Assembly (NCBI GenBank): GCA_000934665.2
Contig: JYFJ02000123.1
Location: 1 to 64,000 of the forward strand
Reading direction: 5' to 3'
From: Catajapyx aquilonaris
Lineage: Eukaryota
Length of the DNA: 64,000 bases
Both the position numbers and the translations under genes were made by a program. Positions 50,001 through 64,000 of the stretch are shown piece after piece (position 1 is the stretch's first letter; each line of letters begins with the position of its first letter). The notes beneath the pieces are model-generated. The model did not search any database and was not told where the DNA came from. It was given only the letters and a program-made list of their open reading frames with translations.

Positions 50001-53000
50001 GTCACTTGTGGAGGAGTAGTGTTGTTCAGACTTGCAAATGTAATTTTCTTAGTCAGTGTTATACCGTATTGTGACTATATACCTAGAACACTTGTGGCCG
50101 AATGAGCATGGGCATGATGTGGTCAATTAATTACTCTTTTACGTACTGACTATAATGAACGGTGTGTATAACAAAGAGCTTCGTAAAGTGCGTCACAATT
50201 TTGTTAATGGAACAAGTCGTTGTGCGCTATGTGTACTGCAAAAATTCGCGGAAATGTTGAATTAATATTGCCACCGAATTATGCTGTGTGAATACATTCT
50301 ATGACCGAAGTGGATAAGGAGTCCGACTGAATGATTCATGTCAAGTGTAGCTTTTGTGGGGACATTATGACAGTCAAATAGGATAATGTGATATCAAAGG
50401 AATCGTGGCCGTTTTTAACACTGCCTATATGTACAGTAACGGCTCAGTAAGGCAAAATGACACTGCACTGGCGAATTTTAGTTCAGTTTTTTGTACTTGA
50501 CGATGTCAATGCTTTTAGACCATACTCTTTGGTGTGAGGGCGATGTGTCAGCAGGTTTTCTACTATTCTGCATCAACCTAGCTGACTTTCATGTGCTTAT
50601 CCCTTCCTAAAAGCAAAAACCGATAGGCTCAATACTTACAATCAGTGGTGCAGAAATATCGTATTTGAATCTCTGATCCTTTCAGATGGACTTTTGGCGG
50701 GATCTCAGAGATGGAAGGATGTGGCGCAAATCACTATTATACACTACCGTAGTCTCCAACTAAAATTACGTAGGGATAATTTATTGTACAGACTACTGCA
50801 GCCTCCCACGCTCGATACGCTAAGCTACATAAAATGCATAGGCCCTACTGCAGATTATAAAAATTCCTGAGAGGAAATCCACTCTTGGTACTAAGAAACG
50901 TTGTGGATGCTGGAGGCATTGTCCATTACTCTGATGAAAAACCGGTAAGACTACTATGAATGCTGGGCTAATGTTTGTATGACAATAAAAATAGTATCTG
51001 TTTGGGCATATGCAACGTAATACATGGCTCGAGCTCTTTCAGGTTACAAGGAAATTATAAATTGAATGCATGAACAAACCTTTAGTTAAGTTTATACACT
51101 CCGCACTACACTTAAATTAAAATGTCAACTGCCTCTGCCTGACTGTAATCACGGTCAATTTTCAGTTACAGTGTATACAGTACAGTAATATTGCGCTACT
51201 GCAGGCGCTATATGAGCACAAAGCGTCGCATTAAAACACGATTGTTGGTTATATTCGACAGAGTGTAGAAGTCGTACAAATGTAATATCACTACAACTTT
51301 AGAACAGCTGTCTGTAACTTGTATTGACTCAGCATGAGCCCACCTCAAATATTGACGAATTCTGGGTAAGCTTTGATTGCAATCTCAAACTCCCTGGCAC
51401 CGTTACGTCTTCGTATTCAAGTTGTAATAAAGGAGTGCTCCTGTTTTGCCAGTACACAATAGAGTTTCGAAACCCGAGTCGTGCACCAGACATAATATAA
51501 CGAAAAAAATCGCAACGTTACTGCAAATCCCTTTTCATACATCACAAAGCAAACATGTTTTTTTTCCACTGATCTTTGTCCCAAAGCAGAAATCTGGCAG
51601 GTGGAAAAGCCCTTGCCAGGTACCCGATTCCAGATTTTCATTTACAATAGCCTACAAATCCTTGGAAGAGTCCGGTTTTTGTCCTTCACTTGATCAAGTC
51701 TTTGAGAGATAGGTACGGCTGTAACTGATGGAAAGAGATCCTGACTGCGCAAACGTGGCTCATTTTTTGGGAGGGCCTGCCCCTACTCTCTGCTCCTCCT
51801 GCGCCCACCCTTCCCAGCCTCACTCCCACCCGGGGCTTATGAGTGCAGCATCGGAGCAGGTCCGGATCCCAGAAGCTCCGTAGTCACTAACCGGATCGGG
51901 TCGTCCACCTCTCTGTAACGTGGAGTGTTGATTCAAACCGGTTTTTTTGCCACCAGTTTCATTAAGCCTGGGTCGCACATTTTTAATTAATGTGATTTTT
52001 TGGGGGCAAGCTTACAGCTGTGTCATCGGATAGGGTAAGTCCACAATGCACATGCCGTATATTGTAACTTGCGGTGGAAATTTATTTGCATATTTTTTGT
52101 ACGTACAATCTGTCCGCTTCCACAGTTTTATTTGAGTGTCAGATTGTGTAAGTGTAAAATAATGTCTCAGACGTACACAATGATTAATTTTATCAATGTT
52201 TACTGATTACGTCGATATTATGGCAATGTACTGTAATTAATGGTTACTTGATCCACCTGGAACCGGATGCTGACCTACAACTGGTTGTTGTAGTGGGCAG
52301 AAGCTGCCAAGGGAGTAACACGATCTCATACCGAAACTTGGCTAGCATTTAATGGATGTGAGGCTTTTGTTGCAAAAGCTGACCCATGTCATCCGATACG
52401 CCAAGTGTGTCACATACGTATGCTTATGGCAACCGGTTACGTTGTAATGGCTGGCTGTAACGGGAAGTGGGTGAGGGCTGGAGGACTGGGGGGGTTGGGT
52501 GTAATGACATTGGCCATCGTGGCCCGCACCCTGTATGCAAATTGGTCCTAATGAACTCGCCTCCGATGCGGTTTCATATGGCTCTCGGGATGGAATGCGC
52601 CGTTCGGTACTATTCATCAGACCTTTTTTTTTAACAAGTGGGGGAGCAGGCGGAAGAGTGAGCTGCATTTTTAATGCGTGAGGGCACTCTATAGATATCA
52701 ATATTGATATTCGCCTGCTGAGAATCAGGTATTTGCATATTAAAGAAGTCCGGTGGGGTTGTTAACAGCATACGCTCTACCAGGGTCTAAAGCTTTGGGG
52801 GCTATAAAATAGCATTCTGGCTCAAAATGTAAATTGAGATATAAAGCTGTCGGGGTGTGTATAGCCCTGTTTGTCGCCTTCATGGGAATGCAGTGGCTGT
52901 CACATGTTGACAAAACAGAAGAACTGTATTATGGTCTGTTATTGTGCAGCGCGTTCTGGAATATTTAAACTAATATTTTGATGAGCGGGTTGTAAAATGA

Positions 53001-56000
53001 CGAGAAATTATTGGATGTCCTCACTTTTCAACGAATTTGAATAGCACGGCCGAGAGCACGGCCATATGTATTTATGATGGAAAAAGTGCAATTACCATTG
53101 TAAATATAACACCCTCAGCGAATTCATCCTATTGAATAGTGAGTGAAACGCTCATAATCCAACAATAACGGTTCATACGAGCTGAAAGATTACTTAAGTC
53201 TTTAAAGGATGCACTAAGCCGTATATAACGCCCGGACATCCGGACAGCCGGCACGGAGATTTACCGCAACTTATTCGTACATGAAATCACCTGCATGGGG
53301 CATGCAACCACTCTCATTCTAGTCTGATTTCACGTATCATTAACACTCTTTAGGACAAAAGGAGCGCATATAACCCTCTCAAAATGGGAGATATCAGATT
53401 CCCATTACGGGGCGTTGCAGTGTGGAGTTTTTTTTTTTTTTTTTTTGAAAAGTAAACCCTGTCAGGATTCGGTAGCTGAATCCGGGCTGTCCTTATACGG
53501 GTTGTTAAAGAGGGGATAAAAAGTGTCCGGGACGTGAGAGTGGATTAGCAGGGAAGTTGCTATGGTCCCCCCCTTCTAGTTTTCATGGGAGCAGCTCCTG
53601 AAAATTACGAGCCTCAAGCTTTTGCATGAAAATGGAGGGGGGAATCTTCCCCAGAAAAAGGAGAAGCAGCTTGATAGGACCACGAGGCATTAACATGATA
53701 GTAGGCCGCTTGCCTTCCTGCCTCTCCCCACCCCGGATTGTCATGGCACGTGTGGACAGCACTTTGCTTTCACCGGGCCTTTTCTGGTATTTGGGCTAGT
53801 CCGCCAGAGATGCAGGGCTTATCATGTGAGGCTTTGGGGTAAACCGAACTAGTGGTTTCGGCGAATTTCTGTTGACAATAAGAGGACGTATAGAATAATG
53901 CCGAAAAACAATATCAAATTCGCAAGTTTTTGCCAATTTCAATTTTGGATGGATCCATTGAACGCCAGCAAATTGATACTTGTTTGTGGAAAACACTGCT
54001 GATTAAATCATTCGATTAATTTAGGTTACCGTGAGTAGCAATACAAAAATGGCGAGATGATTAATTTCGTAGTGAAGCAGCAGGAAGCCAATCAGCTAGA
54101 TGAATTTGGCTTAGAGTAGGCCTAAGGGAATAATTTTTCCCATCACCATGTGTTCTGCAAAAGGCACATATCAACTGCCTTCAGGTTATCATTTATTGTG
54201 AGTTAATATGTTTTGTGCGAAAATTTATAGTAAGCTTATACCAAATATCTCCTGTCAAAGTTATGCGTCGCTGTGATCAGTGATTATAATTGAAGGGTGC
54301 AGTGCAAGAGGGACTTCACCCTTCAATTATTATGAGGTAGCAGATTTCATTCTCAGTTTCATGTGGGGCACTAATCATACTACCACTCAAGGGGATGCCC
54401 AGCATTATTGAAAGACAAGTTGATCGTTTCGAACAAGGTGTACCTAATCAATATAAGAAAGTTCTTCAGGAGGGCTACTAAATATTAATGATATTTGAGA
54501 TGTGCCTTAGGCATTGGTTATAAATACGTTAAGGTGAAACGTTATATCGAACGCTTTTTAGTTGGCCTGTTATTTTATGACCAGAGACTTAAGGTTGATA
54601 CTTACCGTCTTATCTGAATGAGACCCATTTCAATTTTGAACGTCTATCAAAAAAGGTTTATGCAAGTTTAAAAATCAAACCCTGATTTTATATACAGTGC
54701 ATGGAATAACTTATGTAGACAATAATAAAACCACAAGCACTACAGTTTCACGTGAAGATTTCGAAGGGACTTAGCTGGTTGCAATAAGTTATAAATCCGT
54801 CTAAACTGACATGCAATAAGCGAGCTCATGATTACATGGTTGGAACAAAAGTCATGGGGCATATTTTAAAATTCGAATACCCAAGCCCTTATACAGTGAT
54901 GAATTGTATGTCATTTATAGGGCTTCGCGAGTTCTGATTTGATAAAAAAGATGATACGAATTTAGCAAAGAAAGTCGGCAAGCAAACGAAAACTGACATC
55001 TCCGAACCACCCACCGCCTCAACCCAAACTGCGTGGGTTGGAACAAAAGAAATTGCTCGAATTTTGTTACTCGAACGTCTGAACCTACAGTATCGCGTGA
55101 TGAATCGCATTCTATGTTGTTGCTCTGCCGGGGTTCTGCATGATGTGATAAAAATATGACGCCATTCTGCCTAGAATTCTGAGAAACAGAATGAGGAACT
55201 GCACCCATCCACTCGCCATCGTCCTAAACAATGTGAAGCACGAGAATGTATTCATAAACCTAAACTTTTAGCCTGTTCCAATTTTGAAAAGTATATTCTC
55301 TATGACTTCTGTTCCAATCAATGCACAATGGGAAGCAAAAATATTGCAGGGAAATATTGGCGCATACAATTTTAATCCACGATCGACTTACAATCTCTTC
55401 TCTGCCACATAAGAGGAGATTGCATGTGCATACTGGATATAAAATTTTAAATTTTAAAAAAGTCATATGCCATATGCCGCAGTGCTCAATTTAGTTCGAA
55501 TCAGGACACCTGACAGTGCTTCATACAAATTACAAGCATTCTCCATCCCTGTTTTGAAACGCTTCGTCCAGCCGCGTTTGAAAAGCAACGCAGCTTTCCA
55601 CACCCCGAAAAATCCAAATGAAAACATTCCGCCTTGTACTTTTGGAGTGACTGATTGTGAAACACTGCATACGAGTGAAGAGACGGGCGGAAAAACATGC
55701 GGAGCAACCCATTCCGCAAAAAAGGGCGTCGCGAATTCTAGCGGTTAGTGCACAATACAACTAGACGAGAGATTGATGTTCGAAAAGCGTCTGGAGGCCC
55801 ATTCAACGCCGGAGCTCCTGTAATTCGGCATAATAATTTACGAGTCGCGGTTAGAAAAATATTCCGGGATGAGATTTTCAAAAAATCCGCAGGAATATTT
55901 TCTACCACCGTATGTGTACAAATTGGAATTTTTTGGAAGAGGCGCCATGGAAATGGAGGTTTTGTGCAAGATGCAAGCGGGCGGGATTTCTCCTCCATTC

Positions 56001-59000
56001 CTCTTCAATGGAACCTAAGGGCGTCGTTGGGTCCACGTGTCGTATCGGAAAAGTATATGAGGCCCGGGTTCCAATTCGGCGAGCACTAGTGGGACAGTTG
56101 ACCTCCTTTTCGCCCGCACCTCTTTTTTTGGTCACAATCCCACAACAAGGATGCAATGCGCGAAACTGGTTGGCTCGAATGTGCCGCCATTTAATATACC
56201 CGAATCGGAGTTTATATGGAAAAAATATTTGCATAGCGGTATGTGAACCAGATGTCACTGTTGGTTATTACGTTGTATAAACTCGGCATTGTACTGTGCT
56301 GTATATAGTGGTGATCATCCTCGCTCAGTTTAGGTGTAGCAATTAGCGCATGGCTTAGAATGTGGCAAACAACAGTATCAGGAAATTCCCTAGAGCACGT
56401 ACTTGGTACCTTGCCAGCTGATATGAAAACTTTGGTCAAAAATGTGATTCAAAATTTATTATTAACTGCCTTGCGGAGCAGCAGAAGGGACCAGTTTTTA
56501 ATAAATTCCATCGAGGATTATACGCCTTGCACAGTTGCAGTACACAATAGCATCACCCCCGCTTACTCTATATCTGGCCTGATGTGTCCACAATAACACA
56601 CTCAAAAAATATGGGGGTCGGTATCACAAGAGCAGGAGCGTGTCACAGCTTTTAATATTTCCCATCAACGTAAAGCCGCGGTTGTAAAAGCAGCTTAAAA
56701 TGCTCTCGAATCTAATGTTTGGACCAGCTTGACCGCAACGGAAATTACAATTGCGTCCCATGTTTTTTTATGAAAAGATTCAAAAATATGATTTCCAGCC
56801 CCGACTGTTGTCAACCCCCATGACTGTCAAAGCTCAACACAAAAGACGAATTGTCTACCTCTCTGGATGCTCGCCTAACAAGTAGTTAAATTATATTTTT
56901 TTTGTTCNCCAAATAAGCAGCAGGGGGGGCCGTGTCAATGAAAGGGAATTTTCATAATTTGCCCCGCTTTTGAGGCTTCTCTTTGTGGGTTTGTTTTTGA
57001 GTGATACACGGTCCGGAATAAAATTTAGGGAGGCAAGTCGCCCCCGGGTTCCCCTGGTCGTTGTTGCCCACCCGTTATTGTTGCAACTTGACAGCGACAT
57101 GGAAATGCACGCAATCCATGCCCCGGGTATGAAAATGAACGTGCGGAGTAACGAGGTGCTAAGCCCGACACTTCTTTGCCCTAGGTCTCACAATGAAACA
57201 CGCACACACACACACACAGAAAATATAGGCAGGCGGTATTTCATGGCTGTATACTCTCGCCATTTGCTTGCAGCAGATGCTAATGGCGCAAACTATTAAT
57301 GCGTTGATTAAAACCGTCCTGGAGATGCCGGTGTGAATGAGGTGCATGAGCGCAATCAATCTGAAAGTGTCCCAGAGAGTATTCAGAGTGTGAATCGGAC
57401 CAAGTGCTGTCAGATACAGGGTGTTTCACAATAACTTTCTTCAGGACACCAAAGAGACAACCAGTGTCAATAATTGTCTTCTCGTCAAGTGCTATATGTA
57501 ACGATCGAATTTCCGACATTGAGGTTTAATAACCGGCGGAAATCACGATGTGCTGATGATGACAAGATTAAGCCACATCTACGACGCCAGGGTGGGGTCG
57601 ATTTTGGTCAGACGTAAGGTGATCGCGACGTGTAATCCCGACGCTAATGACACTTTAATTAAACGATCCGAGCCGGAATTAATCTGTGCTAATATTTGGG
57701 CTGCATTTCAGATCATTGATCACACCGGAAGGAGCCTTTTGGACGCGAACCTATAGGCTTTTTGTAGGCTTCTAGAGAGAAAAAAAAGTCATAAATGTCT
57801 TCCAGGAATGGCTTGGCTGCCAAACTGCTCTAAGAGGATGACAAAAAAAGAGGTCAGCTTCATCCCTTTTTTTAATTCATGGTTTCTGCGCTAATCTCCC
57901 TTTGTGCGGCGGATCATAAAGCGATTCCAAATAGCCCTTAAAGTGATTAAATTCTGGTGGTATTGTCGGCGTCCTCGATTTTCTTTTTCTTGATCGTTTT
58001 CGACGCATCCAGGAGAGAATTGAGTCTCTTCAAAGACCGGATTAGTTATTGGATGGATTTTACCTCCGTTTGGGTAAGAGCAATAAGCCAATGTTCGGTT
58101 CTGTAGCTTTCGCGGAATTTACTTTGCCAATTTTGATATCGATACCGAGATTATTGGATGTGCTTTTCGGTAATATTCTGGCCCCCTTTTAGGACGGTAT
58201 ATTGCAAAATTGGAACGGATTATAAAATTAAACCCGGTTTTTGAGTTGAAACAGGTGGACTTTTGTAGGTCGATCTAATTACTTTTTTGGATGGATCCTC
58301 GGAATGTAGCGGATATTTCATCATGTTTGTTAATCCAGGAATGACTGCAGGGTAGATTAGCACTTGTGCTTCATATAGGCACAAGTGTGCCACAAATTTG
58401 CACCATTCGCGTCACTTCGTGTCAATTTTAATTGCAGTTGTTGCTGCAAGCTCAAATAAGATTATACGACTTGTGTATTCATGGCAGTTTTGTAATTGCA
58501 GGCGTAAAATGGCTCGCGTGTAACTCGGCTTGTGGATGACAAATTATCCAATTTGCAGGGCAGTGTCGGGGGTTATTTGGGCACCAAAAACACCGGACTT
58601 GTTTAGTGAAGCGGACCGGAAAATTTTCCGGAGGAAATATTTTTCCGAATGAACTCTTCTAGCGAGCATTTAAGCAAAATGAGAGGATCGAAATTTTTTT
58701 CCAACCCCTGGAAAAGAGAGTAAAATAAGACAGACTGTTTCCTTATGGGTGGATGCCATTGCATGCAGCTACTGCTTTAGCAGTCACAAATGAGAAGAAC
58801 AGGCAAGCGCTAATGGCAGTCCCTGTACTTTTTTTTGGGTGGTGGGGGATTGTTCCGGATGCATCTCGCATTTTGTTGGCAAGAGGCCCAGGACAATTCT
58901 CAGAGGAACGTGTTCCACTTTTACACGAGCAGAGTTCTTCTACACCATTTACAATTCGCCATTTTTGTATTCCACTTGTAACGGTCTTTGCTACACTCCG

Positions 59001-60561
59001 GGATTTTTTTTTTTCCCCAGGACTGTTATACATACTTTTTCGGGCTTTGTTGTTCCCTTAGGGAGAGACAGTAGAGGACAATATTGATTGTCACAATCCG
59101 TTCTTTTGATGCGGCGTTCCGTACGTTACCGGGGTGGAAATTGGCAATAATGGTTATTCCCTCCAAAAGAGCGCAATCAGATTGGCAATAATTTTAACGC
59201 GGTTTGACCCGTTATGGAACTGCATTGTCAAATTGTTTGTGCAATATTACATCCCCAAACAGAGGCAGCGATTTTCACAAACATAAACACTAGGATGCTC
59301 TCCTGGTTGTATGGACATTAATAACTGTTGAGTACGCTTTTCCCAAGGGTGACGCAACAATATTCATAGTTAACTGCTTTATTATGCTACATTTGGAGCT
59401 TATTTGTTTCACTGACCACTACGAGCGCAATATATTCCGGCGTCAAAATCAAGCATGTATTAAGCTAAACTTGCATGTAGTAATCTGCCTTAACTTAACT
59501 ACTTTACTGCATATAATTATTGCTAGTGTTCTTGCCAAGCCCATCAGCCAGGAAAACACAATTAGAGACAATTCTTTTTTCAATATTATGTCTTCCTCGC
59601 TGTACCTGGCATAACTGTAGGTTCAATTTACTCAATATGGATGGTGAAAGCCACTAATGAGAATGAAGACGACGGGCTATGTCAGGTGTCATATTTCAAA
59701 AGAGTCTTCCTCACTCTGAAGTCGGATTTTATGTCATTTAGAGATCCTGTTACCATAAAAGTCTGATGTGAATGTAGTTAATTCTGTGTTTTTCCCTACG
59801 CTGTACCATCGTTCGTCACATCGGTGGGTTAATAGACCCTAGGTAACTCATATTTATGAAATGAATTGAAACATAATTATGTCAGTAGCCGATTGTAATT
59901 TTATAATGCTAGCTTTGCGATTCGTGCATGCTAATTTTACAAATTCCAGAAAAGTCATGCGATATGACTGTAAAATGTTTCATGAATTCATTCGCACGAT
60001 TTTTTATTGCTTACGTGGCTTAACATTATTAGTCTAAATATGAAATACAATTTTTGCAAATATATGGTGTCTAAAAAATTTGGGTAAATTTATTCTGTCT
60101 ATACAACCATACGCACTCTATGCACCGATTATGAAGTTTCAATCACTTCACCATTGCTGTCGTTAATTAGTAAGTCGGAATAAACTGGACACAGAGGTGA
60201 TGTCTCTTGGAACTTAAGAATATCGTAGTTTTTACTAGTAATGTTCCCCACATTTACCACTTTGTTTGTCACAATGTACAGTTTGGCACTCACTGGTGGA
60301 AATTTGACAACTATTACTTGTCACATTGCACTTTGGAGGGATTCACTGAATCACCATGTACTGTACATGAAAGATAGTCTTTATGAGGTCATTGATCTCG
60401 AATCTGAAGGGGGGGAAGAGCTGTCCACATCGCGTCTGTGAAATCCATTGTAATTCCTTCCGTCCTCCTGTTCCAGTGATATAGAGACATCCAACTTCGG
60501 AAGTGGACTGGAAACTCCCAGCTTCATCTCCCGGTAAGAAACTTTTGCGGATTGTTATTTT

Positions 60562-60587
60562 TTCTTCTTCTTCTTCTTCTTCTTCTT
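60562..60587. repeat. (TTC)n microsatellite
   Basis: Read directly from the sequence. Confidence 0.9.
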
Positions 60588-61376
60588 AAAGAGAAGCCCT
60601 CCCCATTCCCTCCACCCATTCCCCTGTCGCTTCTGTTATGTGTAATATCTGCGGCGGAAGATAAGAAAGGTCACGCCAACCGTATAGAACCGTGCGTTCG
60701 ATTTTGATCTGCGGAACACAAGCTGACTGGAAGGAAACGAGGTCCTTCTCCATGGGGGCCATCCAGTTGTGAGCACTACAATGACTTCGGAGGTTTGTTT
60801 TAATTGTTACGGGAGGCTAGCAAGCGGTGGGGGGTGTTGCTGTGGGATTTATTTCCTGCTGGAAATGAAAGCAGTGACACCGCAAGGGAAAATAGTGCTT
60901 CCATACATTACTATGGTAAGTGCTTTCAGCGAGGCGTATTCTGGGCGTGAGGAAATGACCTTTGGCGAGACTTTTCATCCTCAGCTGGTCGATAACCAAT
61001 GCGTCTTGGTGCCGTATATGAACATCATTTGTGAGCTTATTTATCACGTGGGTCCAGTTTAGTGAAGGAGTTTTCGAGGGAGTTGGGATGCATGAAATTC
61101 CTGAGTGTTATGCTGTAAACTATTAAGGATAGATTGGCGGATTCGAACGACGCATTAAAAGCCATTGGGCGAGTGCTTGCACGTTGACACTGGGTTATCT
61201 TAAATGAAGTTACTCGCCAAATTACCTCGTAAAAGTTTACGGACCCGTCTTTAATATTGGTGCTTATGATTTGTTGCAGCTTCGAAGTTATTAGGAAAAC
61301 AAAAGTGGGGATTTAATTACCAGTTTTCGGATGATCTTCCTGGATTGCGGTACCGGTAGACCATGGCTAGATCCTG

Positions 61377-61377
<1 letters not shown>

Positions 61378-61447
<70 letters not shown>

Positions 61448-61475
61448 TTATGATATTTATGATATTTATGATATT
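61378..61475. repeat. (TAG)n microsatellite followed by three copies of tttatgata
   Basis: Read directly from the sequence. Confidence 0.92.
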
Positions 61476-61916
61476 AAAGAATATGCCTATATAACTTAGG
61501 TTTTTGAGAAAAATGAGGTCAAATGTCGAATAATAATATAAAATTTGGATTTGTTATTTAATCAGGCTCACGTACCAGGTACCGTACTACCATCATATAA
61601 TTTATTGCGGTTTAATAACAGAACATATGAAGCGCTTTCCAACGATGCAGTTTATAATGAAAACAATAAATAAAGTTGTAAATAAACATGTCCAAAATTA
61701 CGTCCAAAAAGGGTTCACTGGTAAAATATTAATTGTCCAATCACGCATACGAGGATGGTTCCACGTAAATAAAATTTGTCCAGTAATAACTACTCTTTGG
61801 TGCCTTTCAGCATACTAAATGACATCAAAATCCGGTTAGGTCTGGTCAAAAACAAATTTTTTCTGATCAATTTCATGTGGATCAACCCCTCTAACTAGAT
61901 TCACAGTCAGTTTGAG

Positions 61917-61918
<2 letters not shown>

Positions 61919-61987
<69 letters not shown>
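61919..61987. repeat. (AAT)n microsatellite
   Basis: Read directly from the sequence; it explains the poly-Ile ORF at 61907..62125. Confidence 0.95.
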
Positions 61988-64000
61988 TGCAGGAGTGTTA
62001 GCAGTTAAAATTTTTGCTCGCAAAACGTGACTCGAAATCTCAAGGCGCATATAATTTTGTTTCTTTTTCTTTTCTTTTTTTTTGTTCTTCAGCTGGCGGA
62101 AGCCATAAAGATTATTTCGCCTCAACGTTTCCCCTCCAAGCCCAGGTCTTGTGCTATCAAAAATGAAAAGTGCGAAAGTTTATCATCATTCCGAGGATGT
62201 GTTGCAGCAGCTCTGTTCACATGTTTCCATTAATTACAAAACCTAGGAGCGAAAAAAATGGTAGCTCCAGAGAGAGAAAAGTACAGAGTAAGCTTTGGGA
62301 TTGCAATCACGATGCTTTGCAACTATGGAAGCTTCTCCTTGGTGTTTCCGTTTGTTTGGTTTACCTCCCGGACATTTCTGGACTGATTTATGAGCCAATA
62401 GTAGCGGAATAATCGCCGTCGCGTGGCATTTAATGCGGGATTCCTAACTTTCGAGGGGGTATTTCTTCCTTGTCTGCTGCTCTCGCGAGGCTTTCATCAA
62501 GCTATACACTTACTAATTACGCCACCGGTTTTATGGTCACGGCTGGATTAATGTGTTTCGATTGCCATTTTACGAAGCGAGGGGTCAAAAATGTGGAATG
62601 AGCAAAAAAGGTTGCTCTTCAAAAGAGGATACGTGTATATTGGACGGTTTTACGAAAAAAATTTGGGGCGTTGGAATGGCTGGTGGCATGGCAATTTGGT
62701 TAATAACCGGGGTCTGCCTTGTCAGGGGTTTTGCCCGAAAAGTAATTAATCGCGGTAATAAGTAAAATACGTGCATTAGAATTGAAATTGAAGAGCCTCG
62801 GGTCGTGTTTGGTGGGGGAATGCTGGGAAGGGAGGGGGGTGTAAATGAACTTATGTTGGAAATATTGCTTTGATGCTGTGTGCGTATGGTGCAGCAGCCG
62901 ATAGATTAAAGTTGTTAGTGATATTGGAAAAGTTTTGAGGGCACGCGGAATGAAGTTAGCCAACATTCAGTTGGCTTGGAACTAGTCCATTGTACAACAA
63001 CAACAAAAATTGCGCCACAAACTCTATTAATGTTGCACGTTACAGTATAAATAGGAATTAGTTTCTAATTATGACTTGTGTAATTTTTATTATTTATCTC
63101 ATAAATATTTTTCGAACTTTTGGGCCAACTTTAAAACCGCAGTGCAGATCCATTTGTGATTTGCTTCGTGAATTATGGATTTGTAGTCATGCTGAAAAAG
63201 CATTGAGTTTTATGTGCCGGGTTAAAGTATAAATTAAATGCATCCGGGCAGTCACCCGGACACAGTGACAGATTCGTGTCAGTCAGGCGTGAGATATTTT
63301 TCATGCTGAATAAAAATGCATTGTCGCATCTACAGGTTTGGCATATAGGCTTGCATCGAAAAAATTTTGGGAGCGAAGTATACAGCACATCTGTTGTCCT
63401 AACAATTATTTCCGATCGATTGTTTCCCCCCTGTCAATTACCCACTTCCGCCATGTCATGCACATGTAACGGGAATGAAAGGTTCTTTGTGAAGCGTTCC
63501 ACGCTTCAAAAGTGCGACAATATCCGTCGGATTTAGAACGCGTGCACTGATAATGGAGGATTTTTCCTCTGAAAAATGAACGCTCCAGAGATGTCTTTTT
63601 GAACCCTGATGACAATGTCTTTGTTGCTAATTTTGCCCTCTCATCAAACCGCTCTGTACATCAAAGGTCGTGTAGTTTTTAATGCTTTTTAGCTGTGTTA
63701 CTTAGACTGAAGAAAAGCTGTTAGTGGAAAGATAAATGGACGAAATGATTACAGGATGGAAAGACGTGCTGGATAGTCAAAAATTAATGGTCGGAAAAGC
63801 AAACACTGTGAAGTGCAGATGCCACACACTGAATCCAAATTACACTCATTAAGAAGCTTGCATAACGACCCTTTAAAGGCCGATATCAATCTTCTGGCTT
63901 ATTAGTTCAAGCATCCGTTACCCCTCCGCACAAATAAATACAAAATCCAGGGCGACACTGAGCATTTGTTTGCCAAGAGAAGATTGAGTTCACGAGTGGT

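Noticed and set aside
61907..62125. ORF with poly-Ile (also the poly-Asn ORF at 16498..16845)
   Set aside because: These are translations of (AAT)n/(TTA)n microsatellites.
1..64000. CRISPR array, prokaryotic operon or horizontally acquired cassette
   Set aside because: No regularly spaced repeat-spacer structure and no intronless gene-dense block; all protein-coding genes are spliceosomal and of metazoan type.

Overview
This is intron-containing animal genomic DNA, most likely from a protostome and probably an arthropod (inferred from the ionotropic-receptor gene). It is not prokaryotic, and I see no CRISPR array, rRNA or operon. The first 29 kb holds four protein-coding genes whose GT-AG exon structures close in frame, arranged as two convergent pairs: DHX36 (+, 6 coding exons, 1027 aa) with OTUD3 (-, 4 exons, 390 aa), and a divergent ionotropic receptor (+, 2 exons, 679 aa) with a conventional-type secretory phospholipase A2 (-, 4 exons, 152 aa). 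The remaining ~35 kb has no convincing CDS, only one tRNA-Arg(TCG) and microsatellites. Mobile DNA is abundant: a decayed non-LTR retrotransposon (three zinc knuckles plus APE domain), a mariner relic, several hAT and PIF/Harbinger MITEs, and a tRNA-derived V-SINE-like element with a 5'-truncated sister copy. The most notable observations are a nest of foldback elements in OTUD3 intron 3, inverted SINE copies flanking OTUD3 exons 2-3, a poly-His insert inside the OTU domain, a canonical G4 motif in the coding sequence of the G4 helicase DHX36, opposed poly(A) signals between both convergent pairs, and over-represented TA-xxx-TA words that look like transposon excision footprints. I found no firm evidence of a wholly new multi-gene system; these findings are hypotheses to test.
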